This document shows, one piece after another, positions 27,013 through 35,967 of a stretch of DNA of 64,000 nt (position 1 is the first letter of the stretch; every line of letters starts with the position of its first letter). The translations under genes and the position numbers were made by a program. A model generated the notes under the pieces. That model did no database searches. It worked only from the letters and a program-made list of their open reading frames with translations, and had not been told where the DNA came from. Source of the DNA: a virus (taxonomy: Duplodnaviria; Caudoviricetes); the IMG/VR virus record IMGVR_UViG_3300021399_000103, positions 64,001 to 128,000 of that record; one strand, written 5' to 3'.

Positions 27013-27723
27013 ATGGCAAATGCACAAATAGCTAGTGGAGTTTTTCGTATGTGAGGTGGTAATTGAAAATCAACTGAGGCAAATAACTGAGCATATTTAT
27101 ATTTAGTTGATCCAGCAGCAAATACTGTGGTTGTTGGAGGCAAAACGAAAAATTCAGAACCAGCAGGAGGAACAGCTATTGTAGATGGCACTGATTATTA
27201 TACGTTTAAACCAGATGTAACTTATAGTTATTGGTATATTCAAGAAGTTGATACTACAAATCATTATTATTGAATTAAACCTTGAAGAATGTATAATGTA
27301 TTTGCTTATCTTGAATGACCTTTGACTTATAATTCAAATCAATATTTTTATAATTCTGATTGATGAAAAGTAAATTGCACTGTTCAACGAAATACTAGTA
27401 ATAATGCCGCTAGATGATACTTTACCGAAACCACTAGTAGTTATACTACTTCAACAGTATATTACATTCAAAATGTGGATAATGATAGATATTTATGTGG
27501 CGGTACTAGTGATATGGGTTATAGCGCAGTTGCTAGAACTAGTAATGGCACTAGGGCAAAATGAGGCTTAAGTAGAGTATCTGCTTCTGCCTTAGGTAAT
27601 GAGGTGTGAATTAAAATTGGCGGTATTTGAAGAATAGGAATTCCTTATGTAAAAGCCACTGATGGTAAATGACATAGACGCGATACAACTCAAATAAAGA
27701 TAAGTAATGGAACTTGAAAATAA
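27013..27723 (+). CDS. Tail-associated protein, possibly beta-trefoil/lectin-like (236 aa; 14 TGA, 1 TGG)
   Basis: GAGGTG RBS; no TAA/TAG until 27721; C-terminal V*IKIGGI*RIGIPYVK..DGK* pattern resembles phage tail proteins. Not in the ORF track. Confidence 0.7.
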
Positions 27724-27834
27724 TAGGCCAAACTAAGATAATTTTGCCATCGCAATTTTTATAGATAGTAGAACCAGTAAGAGACTGGTTCTTTTCAATG
27801 GAAAAGTTTTACTAAAAATGGAAGGAGAAAAATT

Positions 27835-28215
27835 ATGATGAATTACACAGGATACCCAGCTCCTAGCTATCCAAGTTATAATGCTATGAATATGGGTCAA
27901 CAGATGTATCCTCAACGACAAGAAGTTGTTAGGGTAAATGGTCAAAATGGTGCGAATGCCTACCAGATGGCGCCAAATAGTAGTATACTACTTCTGGATG
28001 AGACTGCACCAATTATTTGATTAAAGACAACAGATGGAGCATCATATCCAACAGTAACTGGATATACAATAACTCCTATTGAAACTCAAACTACAAGTAA
28101 AGTAAATACTGATTATTCTGCTCTTGAAGAGAGAATAGCAAAATTAGAGGAGGCATTCAATGCAAGGAAATCCGATGTTGCAGATGTTAAACCAATCAAG
28201 ACCATTAAACAATAA
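27835..28215 (+). CDS. Hypothetical protein, Q/P/Y-rich N-terminus (126 aa; one TGA=Trp)
   Basis: GAAGGAG RBS; reads PII*LKTTDG through TGA 28018 to TAA 28213-28215. Confidence 0.7.
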
Positions 28216-28411
28216 TAACGGTTTAATGAATATGATTGCGGCGTTTAAGAATTCGCCAAATCCGCAAGCCATGATAAGCAATATGATGGCTCAAAACCCT
28301 CAAGTTACTGGATTGATAAATCAATATGGGGGAGATCCAAAAAGTGCGTTTTACGCATTGGCGCAACAAAAAGGAGTCAACCCTAACGATATATTAAATA
28401 TGTTAAAATAA
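28160..28411 (+). CDS. Small M/N/Q-rich hypothetical protein (83 aa)
   Basis: GAGGAGG RBS; intact ORF. Confidence 0.7.
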   Translation: MQGNPMLQMLNQSRPLNNNNGLMNMIAAFKNSPNPQAMISNMMAQNPQVTGLINQYGGDPKSAFYALAQQKGVNPNDILNMLK

Positions 28412-28469
28412 CTCTTAAATGGTAAGACTTTTATCATTGAAAATCTTATTATTTAGGAGGAAAATTAAA

Positions 28470-29138
28470 ATGGAAAATGGAAGTTTAAGTGCTAGCGATG
28501 TTGCTTTATTAAGTGACCGTAATGGTTATGGCGACATGTGGGGCGGAAATTCAATGATGTGGATTTTTGCTTTATTAATTCTTGCTGGTGGCGGATTTAA
28601 TGGCTGAGGTGGAAATGGTTTTGCTAATGCTATTGGTTATGAAAATCTCGCAACACAGTCTCAAGTTGATCGTGGATTTGATACACAGAATATGATGGCA
28701 AATCAGAGAGAGACTCTCGCTGCTGTTAATGCTGGAACAGCACAGGCAGTAGCTGCTACAAATCAGACATTCCATGATACAATAAATGCTTTAAGCGATA
28801 AATATTCTGAATTAGCAAGAGACATTAGTGGTTTAGCAGTAGGTCAAGCTAATATGTTGGCTCAAGAAAATCAATGTTGCTGCCAGACACTTCGTGCTAT
28901 TGACGGAGTAAATTATGCAAATGCTATGAATACAGCTGCTATTAATGCTAATACAACAGAACAGACTCAAAAGATTCTTGACGCTATTACCGGCAATAGA
29001 ATGGCTGATATGCAGAATCAAATTAACCAGCTTCAGTTACAGCAAGCCGTTGCTGGCGTAGTTCGCTATCCAACAGCAAGTACATACTATGCAGGTTCAA
29101 ACCCATTCTGTAATTGCGCTTGCGGAGCAACACTTTAA
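28470..29138 (+). CDS. Conserved hypothetical protein with Gly-rich hydrophobic N-terminus, coiled coil and CCC motif (222 aa; one TGA=Trp)
   Basis: AGGAGG RBS; GGGFNG*GGNG readthrough at 28605 joins track ORFs 28419 and 28692. Confidence 0.75.
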
Positions 29139-29149
29139 TATAACAATCT

Positions 29150-29176
29150 AGGGGCAGAAATGCCCCTTTATTTTTT
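29150..29176 (+). terminator. Rho-independent terminator
   Basis: AGGGGCA/TGCCCCT stem plus T-run. Confidence 0.7.
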
Positions 29177-29203
29177 AATCAAAGAAGGAAAAGTTTAGGA
29201 GGA

Positions 29204-29623
29204 ATGATTAAAATGTTAGAAGTTTATTCTAAAAATGTAACAACTGCGGAAAATGCTAGTATTCCGCTTACTACAGTCGCTTTACTAAAAGGTACAAGCA
29301 CACAATTATTGGGTACATCAACAATTCAATTAAATAAATGTGGGGTTTATGAAGTTACAGTATCTGGTAGCGTTATTGGTAGTGCTGCTGGAGAAATTGT
29401 CGTTCAGTTGGAGAAGAATGGAGTTGCGCAGCCGCAAGCAGTTTCATTCATTACAGCTGCCGATGCTACTTCACAAACACCGTTTTCATTTACAACATTA
29501 GTTCAGGTTCCTGATAGTAATTATATCAATTGCCCTTGCGCAACTACAACAGTAATTAGTTTAAGAAATGCTGGTATTGAAGCTACTTATAGTACTATTG
29601 ATGTAACAGCAGTTAGGGTATAA
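29204..29623 (+). CDS. Beta-rich hypothetical protein, possibly C1q/BclA-C-like fold
   Basis: AGGAGG RBS; G.YEVTVSG..., VVQLEKNG pattern. Confidence 0.6.
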   Translation: MIKMLEVYSKNVTTAENASIPLTTVALLKGTSTQLLGTSTIQLNKCGVYEVTVSGSVIGSAAGEIVVQLEKNGVAQPQAVSFITAADATSQTPFSFTTLVQVPDSNYINCPCATTTVISLRNAGIEATYSTIDVTAVRV

Positions 29624-29625
29624 TT

Positions 29626-30186
29626 ATGACAATAGAAGAGATTTATTCTGAATTATCAGCCCATATGATTAAAGGGTTAATGGTTCATAATCAAATGGCT
29701 AATTACTATTGTTTTCTTAATCTAAAAGGTTACGCAAAATGTCATACCTATCATTACTTATGTGAAAATAAAGATTACATGGAATTAAATCATTACTATC
29801 ATAGGCATCATAACAAGTTAATAAAAGAAAAACCTGTTACTGATCCTAAGATTATTCCTAACTCTTGGTATGCATATGTGCGCGCGGACGTTGATGCTAC
29901 TACAAAGCGCAACGCTGTAAAAACAGGACTTGAAAAATGAATTGATTGAGAAGAAGATACATTACAGCTTTATTCTAAAATGTATAAAGAGTTGTTCGCT
30001 CTTGGCGCAATTGCTGATGCTAAATATTTAGAATGTTTAATTGCTGATGTTAGTGATGAATTAGCGCAAGCTAATTCTTTATATATTAAGAAAAAATCTA
30101 CTGATTTTGATATTGAATCAATAATGGGAGATCAACAGGAAAAAGCTGAAAAATACTGACAAAAAATAACAGAAATTTGGAGGTAA
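29626..30186 (+). CDS. Ferritin-like four-helix protein (186 aa; 3 TGA=Trp)
   Basis: His/Glu-rich helices, K*ID*EE.T..LY motif; reads through TGA 29938, 29947, 30157 to TAA 30184-30186. Confidence 0.6.
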
Positions 30187-30190
30187 TAAC

Positions 30191-31777
30191 ATGAGCTTAA
30201 AAGGGATCGATATTAGTAATTGGCAAAAAAATATCAATTTATCTGCTATTAATGCCGATTTCATTATCGTAAAATCTTCAGAAGGGATTGGTTGAACTGA
30301 TCCAAGTTTTTCAAAATTATATAATGCGGCTAAAAATACAGGGAAAAAATTAGGGGTATATCATTTTGCTAGACCAACAGCTAATAATGATCCCGTTAAA
30401 GAAGCCGATAGCTTTCTTTCTGTTATTAGAAAAGAAGATGTTATCGGCAAAGCAATTTTGGTTTTAGACTGAGAAGCTGAAAATAAACAAAATACTGTTT
30501 GAGCTAAAAAATGGCTTGATCGTGTTTATGCGCAAACTGGTGTAAAACCTATGATTTATATGAGCGAAAGCGTTGTTAATGCTTACAATTGAAGTGCTGT
30601 CGCTAATGCGGGATATGCGCTTTGAGTTGCTAAATATAGAGATAATGCTGTTGATTATAATTATAATATGTCTAATGCTGGAACTGCTCCAAAAGTCAAA
30701 CATTGAAAAGAATATAAAATGTGACAATGAACTTCAGCTGGTATTTTAAATGGATATAGCGGAAGATTAGATTGTAATGAGTTTTATGGAACGGCTGCGG
30801 ATTGAGATGTGCTGGCCGGTAAAACGGTCGCACCAGCCCCGGTTAAGAGTTCCTACACAGCGCCGGGCGCATACCTAACTCCGCAAGCATGATACAATAT
30901 GACTATTGGGAAGGGGTATAATGTTGATGGCGCATATGGCAACCAATGTTGGGATTATTTTGCTTATTTTATTAAGTATTTTGGTCTTGGATTAAGTACT
31001 TATTGTGCTACTACTGGATATGTAATTGATTTATGGAATCTAAGAGATAGATACAATTATTCAAAACATTTTACATATATTACAGATCCAAAAAAACTTC
31101 AAAATGGAGACTGGTTAATTTGATCTAAAGGTTCATCTTGCCCATTATCACATGTTGGTATGTATTGGAACGGTCAAGTTGTAGGACAAAACCAGGGTGG
31201 TTTAAGATATGTCAATGCGCGCACCTTAAAATTAGATATAGCCGGCGCATTTAGATGGAAAGCTTGGGAAACAGAAACTCAAAAAGAAACAACTGATTTA
31301 TCCAAGTATACAGATCAGCAATTAGCTGAAATGGTATTACAAGGCACTTTTGGAAATGGAGATATTCGTAAAGCATTACTTGGTTCAAGATACAGTGCAG
31401 TCCAAAAGATTGTAAATAATCTTGTTTCTAATAAAAAATCAAATGAAGAAATTGCTAATGAAGTACTTCAAGGCAAGTGGGGCAATGGAGATGAGCGTAA
31501 AAAGAAGCTCACCGCTGCTGGATATAATTACTCTACTATTCAGTCATTAGTTAATAATTTAGTAAAAAATCAGACTAAAGTTAATAAAACATTAAAGGTT
31601 GGCGCAAAAGTTAGAATTAAACAAGGCGCTCTTGATTTAAATACTAAGAGAAAATATGCTTCATTTGTTTATAGCACAAATTATATTGTAAAATCTATGA
31701 GTAATAATAGAATCGTATTTGGAACACCTTCTGTCGTTATTGGCGCAACCGATAAGAGTAATATTATTTTAATATAG
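30191..31777 (+). CDS. Endolysin 2: GH25 muramidase + CHAP-like domain + Cpl-7-like repeats (528 aa; about 11 TGA=Trp)
   Basis: MSLKGIDISNWQ, VKSSEG, GVYHFA, LD*E, M*Q*TS and LDCN are GH25 hallmarks; DGAYGNQCWD and HVGM are CHAP-like; in frame with ORFs 30899 and 31160. Confidence 0.88.
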
Positions 31778-31787
31778 GAGGAGCGAT

Positions 31788-32078
31788 ATGGAGATTTATA
31801 GCTTATTAGCAATATCTTTGTTAATCGAAGGATTGATTACTTATGGACAAACAATAATTAAACAAAAAAAGATTCAATGACAAATTGTAGTGGCAATTTG
31901 TGTGGCTTTCATTTTTTGTTATAATTCAAACATTAATTTATTTCCAATGTTAGGATTTACTGAAAAGTATCCAATTATTGGCACTATTGCAACAGCGATT
32001 ATGCTTTCAAGAGGATCTAATTATATGTTTGAATTTTATAATCAACTTAATTCATGAAGAAATAGTGGACTTCAATAA
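31788..32078 (+). CDS. Holin-like membrane protein (96 aa; 2 TGA=Trp)
   Basis: AGGAGG RBS; about three hydrophobic segments, SRGSNY motif; directly after the endolysin. Not in the ORF track. Confidence 0.7.
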
Positions 32079-32099
32079 AAAAAGTCCACTATTTTTTTT
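32061..32099 (+). terminator. Rho-independent terminator closing the lysis unit
   Basis: AATAGTGGACTT/AAGTCCACTATT stem plus T-run. Confidence 0.75.
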
Positions 32100-32126
32100 G
32101 ACTTTTCTAGAAAATTTTTGTATAAT
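32098..32126 (+). promoter_or_regulatory. Near-consensus sigma-A promoter for the small ORF-hsp20-tRNA unit
   Basis: TTGACT, 17 nt, TATAAT. Confidence 0.75.
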
Positions 32127-32149
32127 AACAATTGTAAGGAGAGAGATAT

Positions 32150-32326
32150 ATGGAGTTATATTTAAGAGATTATGAACAATTAAAAAAGGTAGAGAACTTC
32201 TTGTTTAGATTTATATATCCAGAATCTTTTACCTTACAAATTTTTATAGAAGATACTAATGACCATTTTAATTATGAAACTATTCATAATGATTTAGCTG
32301 GTGGATTAGTTCTTGTTACTTTTTAG
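32150..32326 (+). CDS. Small hypothetical protein (58 aa)
   Basis: AAGGAG RBS; ATG 32150 to TAG 32324-32326; no TGA. Confidence 0.55.
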   Translation: MELYLRDYEQLKKVENFLFRFIYPESFTLQIFIEDTNDHFNYETIHNDLAGGLVLVTF

Positions 32327-32339
32327 GAGGATTTTTAAT

Positions 32340-32714
32340 ATGATGTTTGATTTAGATTCTTTTTTCGATTGGGATAAACCCGCTTACACTTTTAGCCGTC
32401 CAGTGCACGATATGAAACCTTATAGTATCAAAACTCTTAGTGATAGAGTTGTATTAGTACATAATATCGTCGGGGTTAAGGAGGATGATATTAAGGTTGA
32501 TGTTGTTCATGAAGATGATGGCAGAGACAGATTAGTAATTGAAGGCGTTACTCATAATGATGTCTTAAATTATGATTATAAAGTAAGCTCTAAGTTTGAT
32601 ATTAAAGCTGATATGTTTAAGTCAGTTACTTATGAAGTTAAAGATGGATTGCTTTATATCAATCTTTATAAAAAAGAACCAGAAGTAACTAAATTAATAG
32701 TTACTAAGGCGTAG
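32340..32714 (+). CDS. Hsp20/alpha-crystallin family small heat-shock protein
   Basis: AGGAGG RBS; GVKEDDIKV...LVIEG and ..KDGLLYI.L motifs. Confidence 0.75.
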   Translation: MMFDLDSFFDWDKPAYTFSRPVHDMKPYSIKTLSDRVVLVHNIVGVKEDDIKVDVVHEDDGRDRLVIEGVTHNDVLNYDYKVSSKFDIKADMFKSVTYEVKDGLLYINLYKKEPEVTKLIVTKA

Positions 32715-32746
32715 AGAATATTTTAGAAGTTCTCTACTATTATTAT

Positions 32747-33014
32747 AGGGGAGTAGTTTCAATGGTAAAACGATGGTCTTCAACCTGAAGTTTTTCAAAA
32801 TTGGTGCCTTATTATAGGAATATAGTAAGTGGAGGCGATGATATCGGTGAACCCTGTAAAATGGGAATACCGAGGGAACGAAAGGCCCGTAGAGACTAGA
32901 TAATCGCCCAGACAGAACGCCTGAAGATATAGTCCAGACTACAAACAGAAGTGGCGGTGAAAACCGTAGTAGTACGCAACACCATATTTGGGGGTTCGAA
33001 TCCCTCCTCCCCTG
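32747..33014 (+). tRNA. tRNA-Trp with UCA anticodon (reads UGA), interrupted by a group I intron; exons 32747-32780 and 32977-33014
   Basis: Acceptor stem AGGGGAG/CTCCCCT, discriminator G, D-stem GTTT/AAAC, anticodon stem ATGGT/ACCAT, spliced loop CT-TCA-AC, T-arm GGGGG-TTCGAAT-CCCTC. A1-U72 and G73 match bacterial tRNA-Trp identity elements. CCA not encoded. Confidence 0.9.
32781..32976 (+). ncRNA. Group I intron (196 nt, no ORF) in the tRNA anticodon
   Basis: P3 GGCGAT 32834-39/ATCGCC 32903-08; P4 TCGGT 32844-48/ACCGA 32869-73; P7 GACTA 32894-98/TAGTC 32930-34; R-like GTAGAGACTA and S-like AAGATATAGTCC; follows an exon U and ends in G. Confidence 0.9.
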
Positions 33015-33058
33015 CTGTTTATAACGATCGGTTAGATCGAGGAATAAGGAGATAAATA

Positions 33059-33466
33059 ATGACAACACAAATGTTACAGGATATTTTCTTTACAGTCTTA
33101 ATTCCATTGATTGGAATCTTATGTACTTATGGAATCGCTTTTATGCATAAGAAAATAAAAGAGTTACAAGACAATGTAAAAAATGAATTATTTACTAAAT
33201 ATTCAGATATGCTTGTTAGTATTATTGAAACTTGCGTTATTGCCACAAATCAAACCTATGTTGAAGAATTAAAGAAACAGGGTAGATTTGGTCCAGAAGA
33301 GCATGATATCGCATATCATAAAACATTCGATGCAGTAAAAGCATTAATGACTGAAGAAATGCAAAAAGTCCTTGGAGAAGTATATAAAGATATTGATTTC
33401 TATATTTCTCAATTAATTCAAGAAAGTGTAAATGTTGTAAAATTTACTCAAAGTACAAAAGAATAA
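33059..33466 (+). CDS. Holin-like protein (LL-H-like, one N-terminal TM)
   Basis: AAGGAG RBS; N-terminal hydrophobic helix; V.ATNQTYVEELKK.G.F motif. Confidence 0.6.
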   Translation: MTTQMLQDIFFTVLIPLIGILCTYGIAFMHKKIKELQDNVKNELFTKYSDMLVSIIETCVIATNQTYVEELKKQGRFGPEEHDIAYHKTFDAVKALMTEEMQKVLGEVYKDIDFYISQLIQESVNVVKFTQSTKE

Positions 33467-33508
33467 AAAAAATAGGGATAGCTTATTATTTAGCTATCCC
33501 TATTTTTT
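33465..33508. terminator. Bidirectional terminator where the two gene arms converge
   Basis: AATAGGGATAGCT/AGCTATCCCTATT stem flanked by A-run and T-run. Confidence 0.85.
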
Positions 33509-34088
33509 ATTTATGTGGCTTCATATCTTCATCTGTTACAAACAATTCATCATCAATATGATCTACTTGTCTTGATTCGCTCTCTTTTAGAATATGTAAA
33601 GCAATCGCTTTATCGTAATATAAATCACCTTGGCTATTTCCTCCAAGAGAATTGTAGATTTTATGAAGTTCTGTTAATCTATCAAATTGATACTGAGTCA
33701 TTCAACCTTGTGAAATATATTTTTTACAAGTATTAATTAATTGATATTTATAAAAAGTAAGATTTTGTTCTTTTAATAACTTAAAATCTTTTTCTACTTC
33801 TCTTAGATTATTAACAGCTTCTCAATACATCTTTTGTCAATAATCAAATTTTGATTGTGCTTCTGTTTGATTCGCATTAATAGATTCATTAATTTTTTGT
33901 TGATAAGTAGTAATTGTTTTATTAACAATTTCTACAATATGTTTATCAACAGCTTGTTCATCAAAGTTTTTTGCTTTTTGTTCTGTTTGTTCGCCTTTCT
34001 TAACCATACGGTCTCAAAGATATCTAACAGCAAATCCACAGAACGCAATTATAATATAACTAAAAACACTCTCTGCTGTAAATGTCAT
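33507..34088 (-). CDS. Membrane-anchored, possibly holin/lysis-associated protein (193 aa; 4 TGA=Trp)
   Basis: GGAGG RBS, ATG 34088 in frame with track ORF 33507-33701; N-terminal TM; Y.SLGGNSQG motif. Confidence 0.6.
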
Positions 34089-34142
34089 AATTTTTCCTCC
34101 CTATTTGTCTTATATAATAAAAAAGGCGCTAAGCACCTTTAA

Positions 34143-34667
34143 TTATTCTGACCAATCAAAGCCTTCTTCTTTTTTGTTTGCGGCGATCGCTATAACCGAT
34201 CGGTCAAGCGAGCTCGCGCAAGTCCCAATACAGATACTATCGCATTCATCTTGAGTTGCTTTTACATTATACTTCTGGAGAACAAACTCTTGAGCATTGC
34301 GTTTTTGCTCTGGTCTTGTTCTACCTTTAATTTGTAATTTAGATTTTCAAGTTGAAGAGGGTATAACTTCATAATTTTTATTAAGCTCTACGGCAGTCAT
34401 AAGAACTACACCATAAACATTTGCTAATACTTTGAATGTTTTTACGTTGTTTCCAACAGATGATTGTAATTGTATATCTTCAAAGGCAATCGTATCTATA
34501 TTTCACTCTTGGACTTTATTTTTTATAAAATTATGAATTGTAACTAAACGTTCCCCAATATCATCTTGATTCGTTGTGAGATGACCTCAATCTTTTAATT
34601 CTCCGTTAATAAATACACTTCATCCAGATACTCTACTCGCTTGGTCAAGCGCAAGAATATTACTCAT
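34143..34667 (-). CDS. RuvC-like Holliday junction resolvase (174 aa; 4 TGA=Trp)
   Basis: MSNILALDQASRVSG*, IAFEDIQ, PSST*K and DECDSICIG carry the RuvC acidic catalytic pattern. Not in the ORF track. Confidence 0.8.
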
Positions 34668-35025
34668 CAATTAAATCCAATAGACCTTCATCATATAGGT
34701 AATCTTCAAAATCATCCCAAAGATCAAGCCTTTCTTTAAATCCTATTGGTTCACAATAAGCATCAAGAAAATCTGAAACTACTTTAAAGTTAGGCTCTTT
34801 TCCAATACTATATTTTGTTGCTAAATTGATCATTGCGTTTTGCACATAAATATAGTCTTGATCTTGTTTTGTTAGAATACCATGACCCCAGTCATCTTTA
34901 TTATGCTTGAGACGTTGAACCAAAACCGCCTGTGCGGGTGTTAGTTGCTTCATCTCCTTCGGCTTTTTCATATTTTTTAATAATACCCTGACCAATTTTA
35001 TCTCCAGCCTCAATAATAATATCAA
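34660..35025 (-). CDS. Hypothetical protein (true start probably downstream of the listed one)
   Basis: Fills the gap between dUTPase and RuvC; 5' part overlaps dUTPase. Confidence 0.45.
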   Translation of the reverse strand: MILLLRLEIKLVRVLLKNMKKPKEMKQLTPAQAVLVQRLKHNKDDWGHGILTKQDQDYIYVQNAMINLATKYSIGKEPNFKVVSDFLDAYCEPIGFKERLDLWDDFEDYLYDEGLLDLIDE

Positions 35026-35446
35026 CTGGTGATAAGTTAATTACCTGGAAGAAGATTTCACCTTCATTATCTGGATTATTATAGTAATCTCCATCAATAA
35101 TACCAACTCCATTAGCAAGAATAATCCAGTCATTTAATGGGGTTGAACTACGAACAGAGATTTCAAGATAATATCCCTCATCTAATTTACATTTAATTCC
35201 TGTTGGAACCAGAGTGGGCCGTAGTTTAGTTGTTTTTACAATTTGTTTAAGTTCTCCAAGAGGATAAGGAATTTTTGGAGCTACATAGTCAGAAAGGAAT
35301 TCCATTGTATTTTTATACGCAGGAACTATAACAGTTTTAGCTGCGGCAAAATCATATCCAGCACTATGTGCGGTAGCACGAACTGGGAGATTAACTGTCA
35401 CTTGTTCATCTTCAAGATATTTACTTACTATTTCAAAATTACTCAT
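34901..35446 (-). CDS. dut: Trimeric dUTPase
   Basis: SAGYD, RSS, GIIDGDYY, QGI and RTGGFGST motifs. Confidence 0.92.
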   Translation of the reverse strand: MSNFEIVSKYLEDEQVTVNLPVRATAHSAGYDFAAAKTVIVPAYKNTMEFLSDYVAPKIPYPLGELKQIVKTTKLRPTLVPTGIKCKLDEGYYLEISVRSSTPLNDWIILANGVGIIDGDYYNNPDNEGEIFFQVINLSPVDIIIEAGDKIGQGIIKKYEKAEGDEATNTRTGGFGSTSQA

Positions 35447-35456
35447 TTATATCTCC

Positions 35457-35711
35457 TTAAATATTGTAATCTACATCATAGTCAACTTTAATATGCTGAC
35501 TTGGCTCTTTTTCTGCATTGAATTTCTTTGTTAAAATTACACGATACCAACTATCAATAACTTCACCTTTTGATTTTTGCTCTTTATATTCAGAACTGTA
35601 TTTACCAAGTTCAAACATAGAAGATTTCTTCGCTTCTTCAATTAAAGTCTTTGCTTCATCATCATTGTCTACACGATAAGTTTCTACTGTGCTAACTAAA
35701 AATTTACTCAT
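35457..35711 (-). CDS. Hypothetical protein (84 aa)
   Basis: Operonic ORF, overlaps the upstream stop. Confidence 0.65.
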   Translation of the reverse strand: MSKFLVSTVETYRVDNDDEAKTLIEEAKKSSMFELGKYSSEYKEQKSKGEVIDSWYRVILTKKFNAEKEPSQHIKVDYDVDYNI

Positions 35712-35967
35712 TAATTTCTACCTCGATTCTTTTTCCATATCTAGCTATACTTTCTTTTTCAATTCTATTTTTAAGTGGTTTTGTATATTGCGAAAGACCA
35801 CCTAATTTTACTTTATATATATGATTTTCATTACAACAAGTTGTAATAAAATGATCTAAGTTTTGGTAAGTTGATTTACCTAATTGTTTTGTTGTTCCAT
35901 CGTCATTTATAATAATGACAGATTGATCGTAATCAAATATATTTATTCCACATCCAATTATTGGCAT
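35704..35967 (-). CDS. Hypothetical protein (87 aa)
   Basis: GGAGGTG RBS; operonic. Confidence 0.6.
   Translation of the reverse strand: MPIIGCGINIFDYDQSVIIINDDGTTKQLGKSTYQNLDHFITTCCNENHIYKVKLGGLSQYTKPLKNRIEKESIARYGKRIEVEINE

Noticed and set aside
24056-31777. Wall-less Mollicute (native code 4) host
   Set aside because: Peptidoglycan hydrolases imply a walled host, and TGA is absent from core early genes. A walled code-4 host is not fully excluded.
1-32078. Fragmented ORFs read as pseudogenes or sequencing errors
   Set aside because: Breaks are all in-frame TGA with no frameshifts, and they fall at Trp-motif positions.
1-32078. TGA as Gly (code 25) or selenocysteine
   Set aside because: Contexts such as V*LPL, *YHVAATYDG, LD*E and M*Q*TS need Trp, and the tRNA has Trp identity elements and a short variable loop.
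31978-32175. 65-aa + strand ORF, and similar short alternate-frame or antisense ORFs (e.g. 1820, 3954, 6576, 18401, 30464, 33855, 38658, 60692)
   Set aside because: They overlap longer, motif-supported genes or a terminator/promoter.
32778-32980. tRNA-Leu(CAA) reading by splicing after U33
   Set aside because: Gives a 6-nt anticodon loop, and the body lacks the long variable arm of tRNA-Leu.
32694-33068. 124-aa minus-strand ORF in the track
   Set aside because: Antisense to the tRNA and intron; no RBS or protein-like features.
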